A stretch of 64,000 nucleotides of DNA, from the NCBI GenBank assembly GCA_038087875.1, contig JAXLNO010002317.1, forward strand, positions 2,294,001 to 2,358,000. The letters run 5' to 3'. This DNA is from Malacoraja senta. Taxonomy: Eukaryota. The notes beneath the pieces were generated by a model that worked only from the letters and a program-made list of their open reading frames with translations, searched no databases and had not been told where the DNA came from. The position numbers were made by a program, and so were the translations under genes. This document shows, piece by piece, positions 1-11,599 of the stretch. The first letter of the stretch is position 1. The number at the start of each line of letters is the position of its first letter.

Positions 1-285
1 TTAATGGACTTGCCGTTAACTGTACACTCTCCTTGTGCCTTCAACCTCCCAAAGTGCAACACCGCACTCTTGCTCGGATTAAACTCTGTCTACCATTTCT
101 CCACCCCTTTCTGCAACTTATCTTCATCCCACAGTATCTTCCGACAGCTTCCTCACTGTCTGCAACTCCTCCAATCTTGGTGTCATCAGCAAACCCACTC
201 AGCCACAGATCGGCAGCATCTTCACACATGCGCTCTGACGGTGAGGGACAGCGCCCCTATGTGGTCCTGGACATTTTTGCCGCTG
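1..285 (-). mobile_element. CR1-clade LINE reverse transcriptase fragment
   Basis: Minus ORF 41..229 contains FADDTKIGGVADSEE, the CR1-type RT motif. Confidence 0.75.
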
Positions 286-953
286 TAAATAGAATAAAGC
301 CCCTGAGTTCACCGTGTTACTGTGAATGTCGGAGTGGTCACTGCCGAACCCGGCTCTCTCTCAGTTCCACGCACCCTATCTACTCGTGCTGCCTCCTTCA
401 GTGAGCTGTGAACCTGGACTCCTAGATCCCGCTGCACATCAATGCTGTCAATGTAGAAGGGTCTCGATCCGAAACGTCACCTATTCCTACTCAGTCCAGT
501 ATGAATATTGATTTCTCTAACTTCAAGTAACCCCTGCATTCCCTCCCTCTCCACCCCTCCCCCACCCAAGTCGCACCAGCTTCTCGTTCCCAGCTAGCAC
601 ACAGCCAACATTGTTTCCTTTATCATCGTTACTTTTTTTTGCATGTCTTTCATTCATTTGTTCTATCTCTCTCTACATCACCATCTATATCTTCGGTTTC
701 CTCCCACACCAGTTTTGTAGGTTAATTGGCTTGGTATAAATGTAAATTGGTACAATTGGCTTGATATAAATACAAAGGATAGCGCTGGGATGGATGATGG
801 TCAGTGCAGGCTCGATGGGCCGAAGGGCCTGTTTCCACGCTGTATCCTTAAACAAAACTAAATTTATAACATTAAATATGGGGGGTTTTTGGTGTTCATG
901 TATAAATGTGAGAGCAATTTGTTTATGTTATTTGTTAGTTTAATTTAGCTTAG

Positions 954-1178
954 AGATAGAGAGCTGGGGACAATTGTACATTTATACCAAGCCAATTAAC
1001 CCACAAACCTGTACGTCTTTGGAGTGTGGGAGGAAACCCAAGCACCGGGAGAAATCCCACGCAGTCACGGGGAGAACGTGCAAACTCTGTACAGACAGCG
1101 CCCGTAGCCAAGATCGAACCTGGGACTCTCGCGCGGTAAGGCAGTAGTTCAATCGCTACGCTACCATGCCGCCGCACT
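954..1178 (-). mobile_element. tRNA-derived V-SINE (HE1-like); further copies at ~4558-4862(+), 10110-10390(-), 11600-11875(+), 12560-12830(-), 22375-22505(-), 28645-28945(+), 41450-41750(+), 49833-50125(+), 59850-60100(+)
   Basis: tRNA-like head (GGCACGGTGGCGCAGCGGTAGAG...GGTTCGATCC), central V-domain (GTGGGTTTTCTCCGGG...CTCCCACACTCCAAAGAC), and 3' tail shared with the CR1 LINEs here. Confidence 0.8.
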
Positions 1179-1529
1179 AATGCAGAGAATCTTTGTTGAT
1201 CGGCGCAGACACGGTGGGCCAAAGGGCCTGTTTCTACGATGTATCTCTAAACTAAACACATACCTGGTGTGAACAGGTGATCGATGGTCGTTGCGGACTT
1301 GGTGGGCTGAAGGGCCTGTTTCCGCGCTGACCCTCTAAACTAAATTAAACTGACCCATTGAGTTACTCCAGATTTTTGTGTCTATCTTTGGTTTAAGCCA
1401 GCATCTGCGGTTCATTCTTCAACTAAATTTACCCTCTCAACCGTAAACCCTCGTGATAACAGACCACTTTATGATAGATTTTAGTTTTGTCGGACGGACC
1501 TCCCGACTAATGTCGATGCTTTTGCACCT

Positions 1530-1866
1530 CCCTTGCCGCCTCTCGGTATGATATAAATATTGATTTCTCTAACTTCAAGTAACCCCTGCGTTCCCTCTCT
1601 CTCCATCCCTCCCCCACCCAAGTCGCACCAGCTTCTCGTTCTCACATAGTAAACCGCTAACAACGGCCTGCTTCCTTTACCATTGTTACTTATCTTGCAT
1701 ATGTTTCATTCATTTGTTTTATATCTCTACATCACCGTCCATATCTCTCGTTTCTCTCTCCCCTGACTCTCAGCCTGATGAAGGGCCTTGACCCGAAACG
1801 TCACCCATTCCTTCTCTGCAGAGATGCTGCCCGTCCCGCTGAGTTACTCCAGCCCTTTGTGTCTAA
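1530..1866 (+). mobile_element. Penelope-like element 3' end (pseudo-LTR) with hammerhead motif
   Basis: Matches the 3' region of the GIY-YIG-coding copy at 63247-63690; CTGATGAAGGGCCTTGACCCGAAACGTC at 1775-1802. Confidence 0.7.
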
Positions 1867-1872
1867 CCCCCC

Positions 1873-3851
1873 CAGATCCGCTGAGTTCCTCCAGCATTTG
1901 TTTTCTCGATGAATAAAGGGAGTGTTTTGCACCCTCAGCTTTGGAGAACTCTGCGATACATTTCCCTTCATTCTGTGAAAGAACATTTTCATTTTTAGCA
2001 CTAAATTTCCTGTCACAACTTCTGTCTACTTCCTCATATATCAAGAGGTCGCTGAGCCTCTCGAGTCTCTGCCACTTCATAAGTTATAGTGATAATGGTA
2101 ATATAGACAGCAAACTCAATGCTAGCATATATGTCAATAGGGCTTGTGTACAAAAACGGGGATATAATGTTGAGGCTCTATAAGGTGCTGGTAAGGCAGT
2201 TTTTGGAATATGATGAATAATTTAGGGCACCGTATCTGAGGAAGGATGGCTCTGCGATGGTCCAGAGAAGGCTTACAAGAATGATCCCATGAATCAGTGC
2301 GTTAACCTATGATAAGCATTTGTTAGCACTGGGCCTGTACTCACTGGAGTTTAGAAGAATGAGGGGGGGACCTCATTCAAACGTACAGATTAGTGAAAGG
2401 CTTGGATAGAGTGGATGTGGAGAGGATGTTTCCACAAATGGGAGAGTCTAGGTCATACCCTCAGAATTAAAGAACATTCTACTACTATTCCTTGTGAGCT
2501 TATGATAGGAGCAGAATTAGGCCATTCGGCCCATCAACGTCATTCAATCATGGCTGGTCTATCTTTCCTTCTCAACCCCATTTTCCTGCCTTCTCCCCAT
2601 AACCCCTGACACCCGTACTAATCAAGGCCTCCACAGCGTTCTGTGGCAAAGAATTCCACAGATTTACCACCCTCTGACTAAAGAAACTCCTCATCGCCTT
2701 CCCAAAAGAACGTCCTTCCATTCTGAGGCTTTGCCTCTGGTTCTAGACACTCCCACCTAGTCTACTCATCCGCCGATCACCCCCTCACCTGTATCGACCT
2801 ATCACTTGCCAGGCTGTGACCCGTTCACACCTACTCACACAGTCCGCACAGTGTAGAGGTTGGGAGGTCATCTTGCAGTTGTATAAGACGTTGGTGTGGC
2901 CGCATTTAGAATATGTGCGTTCAGTTCTGGGCACCGTGTGATAGGAAAGATGTTTTCAGCTGGAAAGCGTACAGATAAGATTTATGAGGATGTTGCCAGG
3001 ACTCTATGGTCTGAGCTATAGGGAGAGGATGAGTATTCCTTGGAGTGCAGGAAGATGAGGGTGATCTTCTAGAGGTGTTCAAAATCATGAGAGGAATAGA
3101 TCGGGTAGCCACACAGAGTCTCTTGCCCAGAGTAGGTGAATTGAGGACCAGAGGTCATAGGTTTATGGTGAGAGGGGGCAAATATTTAGTAGGGATCTGA
3201 GGGGTAACTTAGTCACACAAAGGGTGGTGGGTATGCGGAACAAGCTGCCAGTGGAGGTCTTTGAGGCATTGACTGTCCCAACGTTTAAGAAACATACAGG
3301 TACATGGATAGGTCTGAAGAAGGGTCTCGACCCGAAACGTCACCCATTCCTTTTCTCCAGAGATGCTGCCTGTCCCGCTGAGTTACTCCAGCATTTTGAG
3401 TCTAGGTACATGGATAGGACAGGTTTGGAGGGATATGGACCAAACGTGGGCAGGTGGGATTAGTGTAGCTGGGACATGTTGGCCAGTGTGGGCAAGTTGG
3501 GCCAAAGGGCCTGTTTCCACACTGTATCACTCTATGAATATGAACAGTTTTCTACCCTCTGTTCCCCCAGTCTGAAGAAGTGACTCAATCTGAAATGTCA
3601 TTTGTAGAAACAAGGAACTGGTGATACTGGTCCACTCCCTCTGCAGATCAGCTGAGTTCCTCCAGCACTTTGCTTTCTTGATTAATAAAGGGACTGTTCT
3701 GCACGCTTAGCTTTGGGGAACTGTTGGATACATTTTCCCGCAATTCTGTAAAAAGGACTTTTTTATTTTTCGCACTAAATTCCTGTTACTACTTCTGTCC
3801 ACTTCCTCGTGAATCAAGAGGTCATTGGGCCTCTCAAGTCTCTGCCACTTC
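1873..3851 (+). repeat. Two diverged copies of a ~205 bp block (1873-2079 and 3644-3851) rich in ETS-like cores
   Basis: Colinear by eye at roughly 75-80% identity; both carry AATAAA, TTCCTG, ACTTCTG, ACTTCCTC and CCACTTCA. Confidence 0.7.
3314..3341 (+). ncRNA. Minimal type I hammerhead ribozyme motif (Penelope type); representative of ~20 copies
   Basis: CTGAAGA-A-GGGT(CTCG)ACCC-GAAA-CGTC: catalytic core boxes, stem II hairpin, palindromic ACGT in place of stem III, GUC triplet, short GGT/ACC stem I. Confidence 0.7.
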
Positions 3852-3870
3852 ACTGTTTCCATGACTCTTA

Positions 3871-4499
3871 AAGGCCGGTCTCACGAGTCTGCGGTCATTG
3901 GCGTCGAAACAGGAAGAATCTACCGATCCTGGGCCACCATAGACCACGCACTCGGTCAAACGCCCACCGCCGGGGCCGTGCGGCGTTGTTCCCAACACCG
4001 CACGGTGCTAAAATAAAACCAACACTGTCCAAAAATATGTTCCTACCGCACAGCCGCCGCCAATGAGGCACGAGTGCGGCACGGTCACCGCCACAGCCGC
4101 TGCCAGTGCGGCACGAGCGCCGTGCGTCGAACTTGCACCGCCACAGCCTCCGCCAGTGAGGCACGTGTGCGGCACGGCCGCCGCCGCCAGTGAGGCACGT
4201 GTGCAGCACGGCCGGCGCCAGTGAGGCACGTGTGCGGCACGGCCGCCACCACAGCCGGCGCTAGTGAGATACGTGTGCGGCACGGCCGCAGCCACAGCCC
4301 CGCGATCTAAAAGACGTCATCGCGTAGCGCGTCGCGTTGCGCGATGACATCATCACCCGACGCCGCAAGCTCGTGGAACCGGCCGTACTCGGCCCCCGCG
4401 CAGCATCCGTGCGGCGCTCTCGAGGTTGCCGTGCGGTCCCCTCTTCCGGCGACGCCGAGCTTCACCGCCAATGACCGCAAACCCATGGGACAGAGCCTT
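3871..4499. mobile_element. Non-autonomous TIR DNA transposon (PIF/Harbinger-like MITE) with internal GC-rich minisatellite
   Basis: Imperfect ~35 bp TIRs (TAAAGGCCGGTCTCACGAGTCTGCGGTCATTGGCG vs revcomp TAAAGGCTCTGTCCCATGGGTTTGCGGTCATTGGCG); TA/TWA flanks; ~30 bp repeats at ~4050-4300. Confidence 0.7.
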
Positions 4500-5276
4500 T
4501 ACTCATACACTAGGAACAACTTACGGGGGTAAATTAAGGTCAGCAGGGTAAGCTGAAGTGGGTGGCACAGTGGGGCAGTGGTAGAGTTGCTGCCTCACAG
4601 CGCCAGAGACACGGATTCGATCCCGACTACATGCGTTGTCTGTACAGAGCTTGCACGTTCTCCCCGTGACCTGCGTGGGTTTTCTCAAAGATCTTCGGTT
4701 TTGTCCCACACTCCAAAGACGTACATGTTTGTAGGATAATAGGCTTGGTATAAATGTAAAATTGTCCCAAGTGTGTCGGATGGTGTTAGTGTGCGGGGAT
4801 TGCAGGTTGGTGTGGACTCGCTGGGCCGAAGGGCCTGTTTCCGCCATGTATCTCTAAACTAAACATAGAACCAGTGTGTGAACGCATGATCGATGGTCGG
4901 AGCGGACTCGGTGGGCCGAAGGACCTGTTTCCGCGCTGTATCTCTAAACTTAATGAGATCTAAAATGTGTGTGGATCGTTTTTTACCCAGAGAGTGGTGG
5001 TGCCTAGGGGTGATGGTGGAGGCAGTGATGATAGTGGTGTTTTGGTGGCCTTTAGATAGGCACATGGACATGCAGGGAATGCAGAGTTCCAGATTATGTA
5101 CAGGCCAAAAAGAATAATTAGGCATGTTCGGCACGGACAATGTGGGCCGAAGGGCCTGTTCCCGTGCTGTGTTATTCTCTGTTCTAGATTTTCACTCTCT
5201 GCTAATTCATTAAAAAACTTTGCGGAGTTAGTTGGGCAAACTTGCCTTGCACAAATCCAGACATTCTTGAATCAGT

Positions 5277-5463
5277 AACTCAGCGGGTCAGGCAGCATCT
5301 CTGGAGAGAAGGAATGGGTGATGTTTTCGGGTCAAGACCCTTCTTCAGACCCGAAACGTCACCTATTCCTTCTCTCCAGAGATGCTCCCTGTCCTGCTGA
5401 GTTACTCCAGCATTTTATGTCTATCTTCCATTTAAGCCAGTATCTGCAATTCTTTCCTATACA
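5277..5463. mobile_element. Penelope tail insertion with inverted 5' segment
   Basis: Minus copy 5277-5348 abuts plus copy ~5348-5463; flanked by direct repeat ATTCTTGAATCAGT (5263-5276 and 5464-5477). Confidence 0.75.
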
Positions 5464-5730
5464 ATTCTTGAATCAGTGCAGAGTTGTCCAAATGAGCACC
5501 CTAACCATCGCACTGTGGAACAGGACCCTGTCACACCTGTTAGATTAAATACCTCCAATTTGACAAGGAGGGGTGTAGGGGCCGGTGGGGAGGGGGTTAC
5601 AGAGACCAGGAATAGGGTCAGAGCCAGAGTAGGTTTGGAGACATAGTGAGGGACTCTTGCCACATTACAGCACTCCCTCCACTAAGTCAAAGTCATGCCC
5701 CATCAGGGATGAAAGGGGTTAACCGTTTGC

Positions 5731-5769
5731 TGATAAAAGAATACTTCCTTATTTTACTTCCGTTTCCTG
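5731..5769 (+). promoter_or_regulatory. Candidate leukocyte-type promoter/enhancer: GATA site plus three clustered ETS cores
   Basis: TGATAA 5731-5736; ACTTCCT 5743-5749; ACTTCCG 5756-5762; TTTCCTG 5763-5769; non-repetitive island directly before a strong donor. Confidence 0.45.
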
Positions 5770-5810
5770 ATGTAAATTTTCCCCTCTACACATTCGTGTT
5801 CTCCACACAG

Positions 5811-5876
5811 TGACGGCCGCTGAGGACAAGAGTTTGTCAGTCGATACTCCAGAGACGAGCAGTGGACAGAACCCAG
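5811..5876 (+). other. Putative non-coding 5'UTR exon of the Siglec-like gene
   Basis: Unique sequence with no ATG; pyrimidine tract + CAG at 5808-5810; donor CCAG|GTACGT at 5877. Confidence 0.5.
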
Positions 5877-8310
5877 GTACGTAATTCTGTGTCTGTCGCA
5901 CAGAGTCTGATCATGGAAATACTTTGTGTATTAAGGTAACTGCAGATGCTGGCTTATATCGAAGATAGACACAAAGTGCCAGAGTAACTCAGCGGGACAG
6001 GCAGCATCTCTGGAGAGTTTAGTTTAGTTTTCTTGCTATTAAGGCAGTGCTGCGTAGGTTCACCAGTTCTGAAAAAGGGTCTCGAATCCGAAATCACCCA
6101 TTACTTCGCTCCAGAGATGCTGCCTGTCCCGCTGAGTTACTCCAGCATCTGCAGTTCTTTCCTACACATTTTCACTAGGTTAATTCCCGAGATGACAGGA
6201 CTGACATATGATGAAAGAATAGGTTGACTGGGCTTGTATTCACTGGAATTTAGAAGAATGAGAGGGGATATTATAGAAACGTATACAATTCTTAAGCGAT
6301 TGGACAGGCTAGATGCAGGAAAAATGTTCCGATGTTGGGGGAGTCCAGAACCAGGGGTCACAGTTTAAGTATTAGCGGTAGGCCATTTATGACTGAGACG
6401 AGGAAAAAAAATGTCATCAAGGGAGTTGTGAATCTGTGGAATTCTCTACCACAGGAGGCCAATTCACTGGATGTTTTCAAGAGAGAGTTAGATTTAGCTC
6501 TTAGGGCTAACGGTATTAAGGGATATGGAGAAAGCAGGAACGTGATACTGATTCTGGATGATCAGCCATGATCATATTGAATGTCGGTGCTAGCTGGAAG
6601 GGCTGAATGGCCTACTCCTGCACCTATTTTCTATTATTCTATGTTATCTATGTTTATTTTCGTGTGTACCGAGATACAGTGAAAAGCTTTTGTTGCGTGC
6701 AAACCAGTCAGCGGAAACACTACACTTGATTATAATCGAAGATAGACACAAAATGCTGGATTAACTCAGCGGGATAGGTAGCATCTGTGGATAAAAGAAG
6801 GGCCTTGACTCAAAATGTCACCCCTTCCTTCTATTCAGAGATGCTGCCTGTCCCGCTGAGTTACGCCAGCATTTTGTGTCTACGGTTTAAACCAGCATCT
6901 GCAGTTCCTTACTATGCATGATTACAATTGTTCCATTTACAGTGTACAGATACATGATAAGGGAATAACTTGTAGTGTAAGCTAAAACCAGCAAAGACCG
7001 ATCAAGGATAGTCTCATGATCATCAAAGAGGTAGTTAGTAGTTCAACACTGCTCTCTGATTGTTGTAGGATGATTCAGTCGCCTGATAATAGCTGGGAAG
7101 AAACTATCCCTGAATCTGAAAATCGGTGAGAAGGAATGGGTGACGTTTCGGGTCGAGACGCTTCTTCAGACTGAGAGTGAGGGGAGAGGGAGACAGAGAT
7201 AAGGAAGTGAAAGGTGTGAAAACGAGACAAAGGTTATGAAGTTCGATGAAAATGTAGAATAGATAATTGTTAGCTAGGAGAAGGTGACAACGAAGCAAAC
7301 AGAGATAAGATTTAATCAGGACAGTCAGACTGGTCCTAGAATAGGAAAGGGGAGGGATGGAGAGAGAGGGAAAGCAAGGGTTACTTGCTTATGTTATGAT
7401 ATTCATAATGCTGGGGTGTAAACTGCTCAAGTGAATTATGAGGTGCTGTTCCTCCAATTTGTGTTGGGCCTCACTCTAACAGTGGAGGAGGCCCAGGACA
7501 GAAAGGTCAGAAAGGTGTCTCTGTGTCTCCATCTCCCCTGACTTTTAGTCTTTATTGTACTCAATATTTTAGGCCCCGTATCTGAGGAAGTATGTGCTGG
7601 CTCCGGAGAGGGTCGAGAGGAGGTTTACATGAATGCTCCCAGGAATTAGATGATTAACATATGGTGAGCGTTTGACGGCACTGGGCCTGTACTTGCTGGA
7701 GTTTAGAATAGTGAGGGGGGAACCTCTTTGAAACGTACAGAATAGTGAATGGTTTGGATAGAGTGGATGTGGAGAGGATGTTTCCACTTGTGGGCGAATC
7801 AAGGACCAGAGGTTATAGCTTCAGAATTAAGGGACATTCTTTTAGGAAGAAGATGAGGAGGAATATCTGTAGTCAGAAGGTGATGAATCTGTGGAAGCAA
7901 AGTCAGTGGATGTATTTAAGACAGAGATAGATAGATTCTTGATTAGTGCGGGTGTCAGGGGTTATGGGGAGAAGGCAGGAGAATAGGGTTAGGAGGGAGA
8001 GATAGTTCGGCCATTATTGAATGGCAGAGTAGACTTGATGGGCCGAATGGCCTAATTCTGCTCCTATCATCATGACCTTATATAGTATGACTTGACTTGC
8101 CTGGGTTGCATGCAAAACACTGAAGTCTGGTACACATATCAATTATACAACCATACCAATAGATGGGCCGAAAATAGGTCTGGCATGGACATGGTGGACA
8201 TGTTCCCAAACGAAGCTGCGATGCATCCTGATAAAATGCAGGGGTGGAATGGGGAGACTGCTTTGTGTGATGGACTCGGCGATATCCACTTTAGGGGTGG
8301 CATAGTAGTG

Positions 8311-9095
8311 TAGCAATGTTACAAAATTTTGAGATTTTAAAAATCAAGTCTGCAATTTATCCCATCAGATAAAGCATAAAAAGAAGTTTAATTTGACACC
8401 TAATTCACTTTCATATCTTCAGTATTAAAGTTATGGCCATTTTCTTACTCGGAAATTAGCATCTTGTTCCCTATTGCTTTTCCATTGACTTAACACAAAA
8501 GCTGTGATCGAGGACAGTCAAAAGCCCATAACTTTCTTAAAAATTAAGAGACCTGAAAGAAATTTTCAGTTATTATAGATTGAAGCATTCTGAAACAAAT
8601 ATGAAACAATCTTACTTGGATGACCTGAAATTAAAGCATATAATTAGTTAGTTACCCCAATTGTAGCTAATTACAAAATTCAATTACTAGATCTAAACAT
8701 CTATCCATTTCTTAAGAAAAGATTTACAGTTTTTAATAGCCTAAGTGTCCAAATAACATTCACACAAGAATTCACAATATAACATGCTTTTTAAATCTCA
8801 TTATCATGAATTTATAGGCCAAATGGAAGGAATTTAGTGTTTAATTCCCGTAAATTAATGGCCATTTAAATCATCTTGCGAGTGGGTTTTTGTTGAATGC
8901 GCTGGTTTGGAACGTTGCATTTGCGGTGAATTTAAACCTCATATCGGCAGGAAAAATACTGCCGGTTCGTATATTTACAAAATTACATTTTCGCAACGTG
9001 AAATTTTGATTAAAGGCATCCTTAGAAGCAAGTTTATATATAAAATAAACAGCTTTCCTTTACCTGTCCCGTACATGAAATCCGTCCCATTGTCG
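8311..9095 (+). mobile_element. 3'-truncated copy of the AT-rich TIR element complete at 45328-46369
   Basis: Starts TAGCAATGTTACAAAA and is colinear with 45328-46110; cut off by a SINE/CR1 tail. Confidence 0.8.
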
Positions 9096-11599
9096 ACGCT
9101 GTATCTCAAAAACAAAACATAGAACTAGTGTGTGGACGGGTGATCGATGGCCGGCATGGACTCGGTGGGCCGAGGGGCCTGTTTCCATGCTGTATCTCTA
9201 AACTAAACTAAACTAAGCTCTCAGCAATTTCTTGTGGTCTTGGACAGAGCTGATCCCAAACCAAGGTGTGATTCAACCTAACAGTGTTCTTTCACAATTC
9301 ATGTGGAGAAGTTGGTGTGAGTCACTGGAGAAATGCCGAACATCCTTCATCTTTTGAGCAAGATCAGACATCAGTGTGCCTTATTGACCACAGCTTCAAT
9401 GTAGTTGATGCAGGGTATGCTGTTGGTGAGATTTACGGTCTTAAGGTCATAAGTGGTAGGAGCAGAATTAGCAGATTCCCCCCCATCAAGTCTACTCCGC
9501 CATTCAATCATGGCTGATCTATCACTCCCTCCTAACCCCATTCTCCTGCCTTCTCCCCATAACCCCTGACACCCGTACTATACAAGAAGCTATTTATCTC
9601 TGCCTTAAAAATATCCATTGACTTGTCCTCCACAGCCTGCTGTGGCAAATAATTCCACAGATTCACCACCCTCTGATTAAGGAAATTCCTCCTCATCTCC
9701 TTCGTAAAGGAATGTCCTTTCATTCTGAAGCTATGACCTCTAGTCCTGGACTCTCCCACTAGTGGAAACAATCTCTCTACATCCACTCTATCCAAGCCTT
9801 TCACTGTTCGGTAAGTGTCAATGAGGTTCCCCTCATTCTTCTAAACTCCAGCGAGTACAGGCCCAATGCTGACAAATGCTCATGTGTTAAAGCCATCATT
9901 CTCATAAACCTCCTCTGGACCCTCTCCAACGCCAGTACATACCTCCTCATATATAGGGCCCAAAACTACTCCCAATGCTCCATGTGCGGTCTGACCAGCA
10001 TGTTATAAAGCCTCAGCATTTTATCATTTTATGGTCACTACCTCTGGTTCTTCTTACCATAATCACCCTGATTAAATCTGGTTTGTTTCAAATAGTTTCA
10101 GTTCTTAGTTTTAGTTTTAGAGATACAGAGTGGAAACAGGCCCTTCAGCCCACCGAGTCCGCACTGACCAGCGATCCCCGCACACTAACAGTATCCTACA
10201 CACACAAGGGACAATTTGCTATTTTATACAAGCCAATTAACCTGCAAACCTGTAAGATCTTTGGAGTGTGGGAGGAAACCGGAGCATGGGGAGAACGTAC
10301 AAACTCTGTAAAGATAGCACCTAGTCAGGATCGAACCCGGGTCTCTGGCGCTGCGAGGCAGCAGCTCTACCGCTGTGCCACTATGCCGGGCATATAACAA
10401 TGCCAAACCAAATTGCCTAGTATGCTCGATTACAAGCTGCTCTTAGAAGCCATCTCAAAGACACTCTACAAATTGCTTCTCTTGGTATCCACTACCAACT
10501 TGAATTTCCCAGTACATGCATATTGATACCCACATGGCCTTTATCCTACTGCAACTTTACAGCACCTTCCTTGCCAACCACAACATCACAAATTTCATAT
10601 CACCTGAAAATTTGCAAATTATACTTTCTCCCACTGGAGACGCAATAGACTGCAGATGCTGGAATCTGCAGTGACATTCCATCTGCTGAGGGAACTCAGC
10701 GCGTCAGGCAGCATTTCATAAATTTGTAAGATACAGTAGCAGACTTAGGCCATTCGGCCCATCGAGTCCACTCCGCCATTCAATCATGGCTGATCTATCT
10801 TTCCCTCTCGACCCCATAATCCTGCCTGCTCCCCATAACCACTGACACCTGTACTAATCAAGAATCTGCCAATCTCCGCCTTGAAAACACATTGACTTGG
10901 CCTCCACAGCCATCTGTGGCAATGAATTCCACAGATTCACCACCTTCTGGCTAAAGAAAATGCCTCCTCGTCTCCTTCCTAAAACTACGTCCTTTTATTC
11001 TCAGGCAGTGCCTTCTGGTCCGAGACTCTCCAACTAAAATTATCCGCTGACGGCCTCCACAGCCTTCTGTGGCAAAGAATTCCACAGATTCACCACCCTC
11101 TGACTACAGAAATTCCTACTCATCTCCTTCGTAAAAGAACGTCCTTTAATTCCGAGGCTATGACCTCTCCCATTAGTGGAAACATCCTCTCCACATCCAC
11201 TCTTTCCAGGATTTTCACTATTCGGTACGTTTCAATGAGGTCTCCCCTCATCCTTCTAAACTCCAGCGAGTAAAGGCCCAGTGGCGTCAAACGCTCATCG
11301 TACGTTAACCCACTCATTCTCCAGGATCGTTCTCGTAAACCACCTCTGGGCCCTCTCCAACGCCAGCACATCCTTCCTCAGATATGGGGCCTAATACTCT
11401 TCACAATATTTTCTGGTGAGGTGGGGGGAGGAATTTCTGCAACCTCATCAAGTCATAGAGCAGGGAAACAGGCCTTTCGGCCCAACTCATCCATACTGAC
11501 CGAGAACCCCATTCAAACTAGTCCCATTTTCCTGCTTTTGGCCCTTATCCCACTGAACCTTTCCTCTCCATGTACCTGCGCAAGTGCCTTTTAAAGTGT

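Noticed and set aside
4558-4630. tRNA genes at SINE heads
   Set aside because: A/B-box-like sequence continues into the V-SINE body; no complete cloverleaf or acceptor stem.
5913-5935. ATG...MEILCVLR with a GTAACT donor as first coding exon
   Set aside because: It ends in phase 2, incompatible with the phase 1 V exon, and the donor overlaps the start of a Penelope tail.
10015-10080. Hydrophobic stretch IILWSLPLVLLTIITLI as signal peptide or TM
   Set aside because: No in-frame ATG or credible splice sites; it abuts an antisense CR1 fragment.
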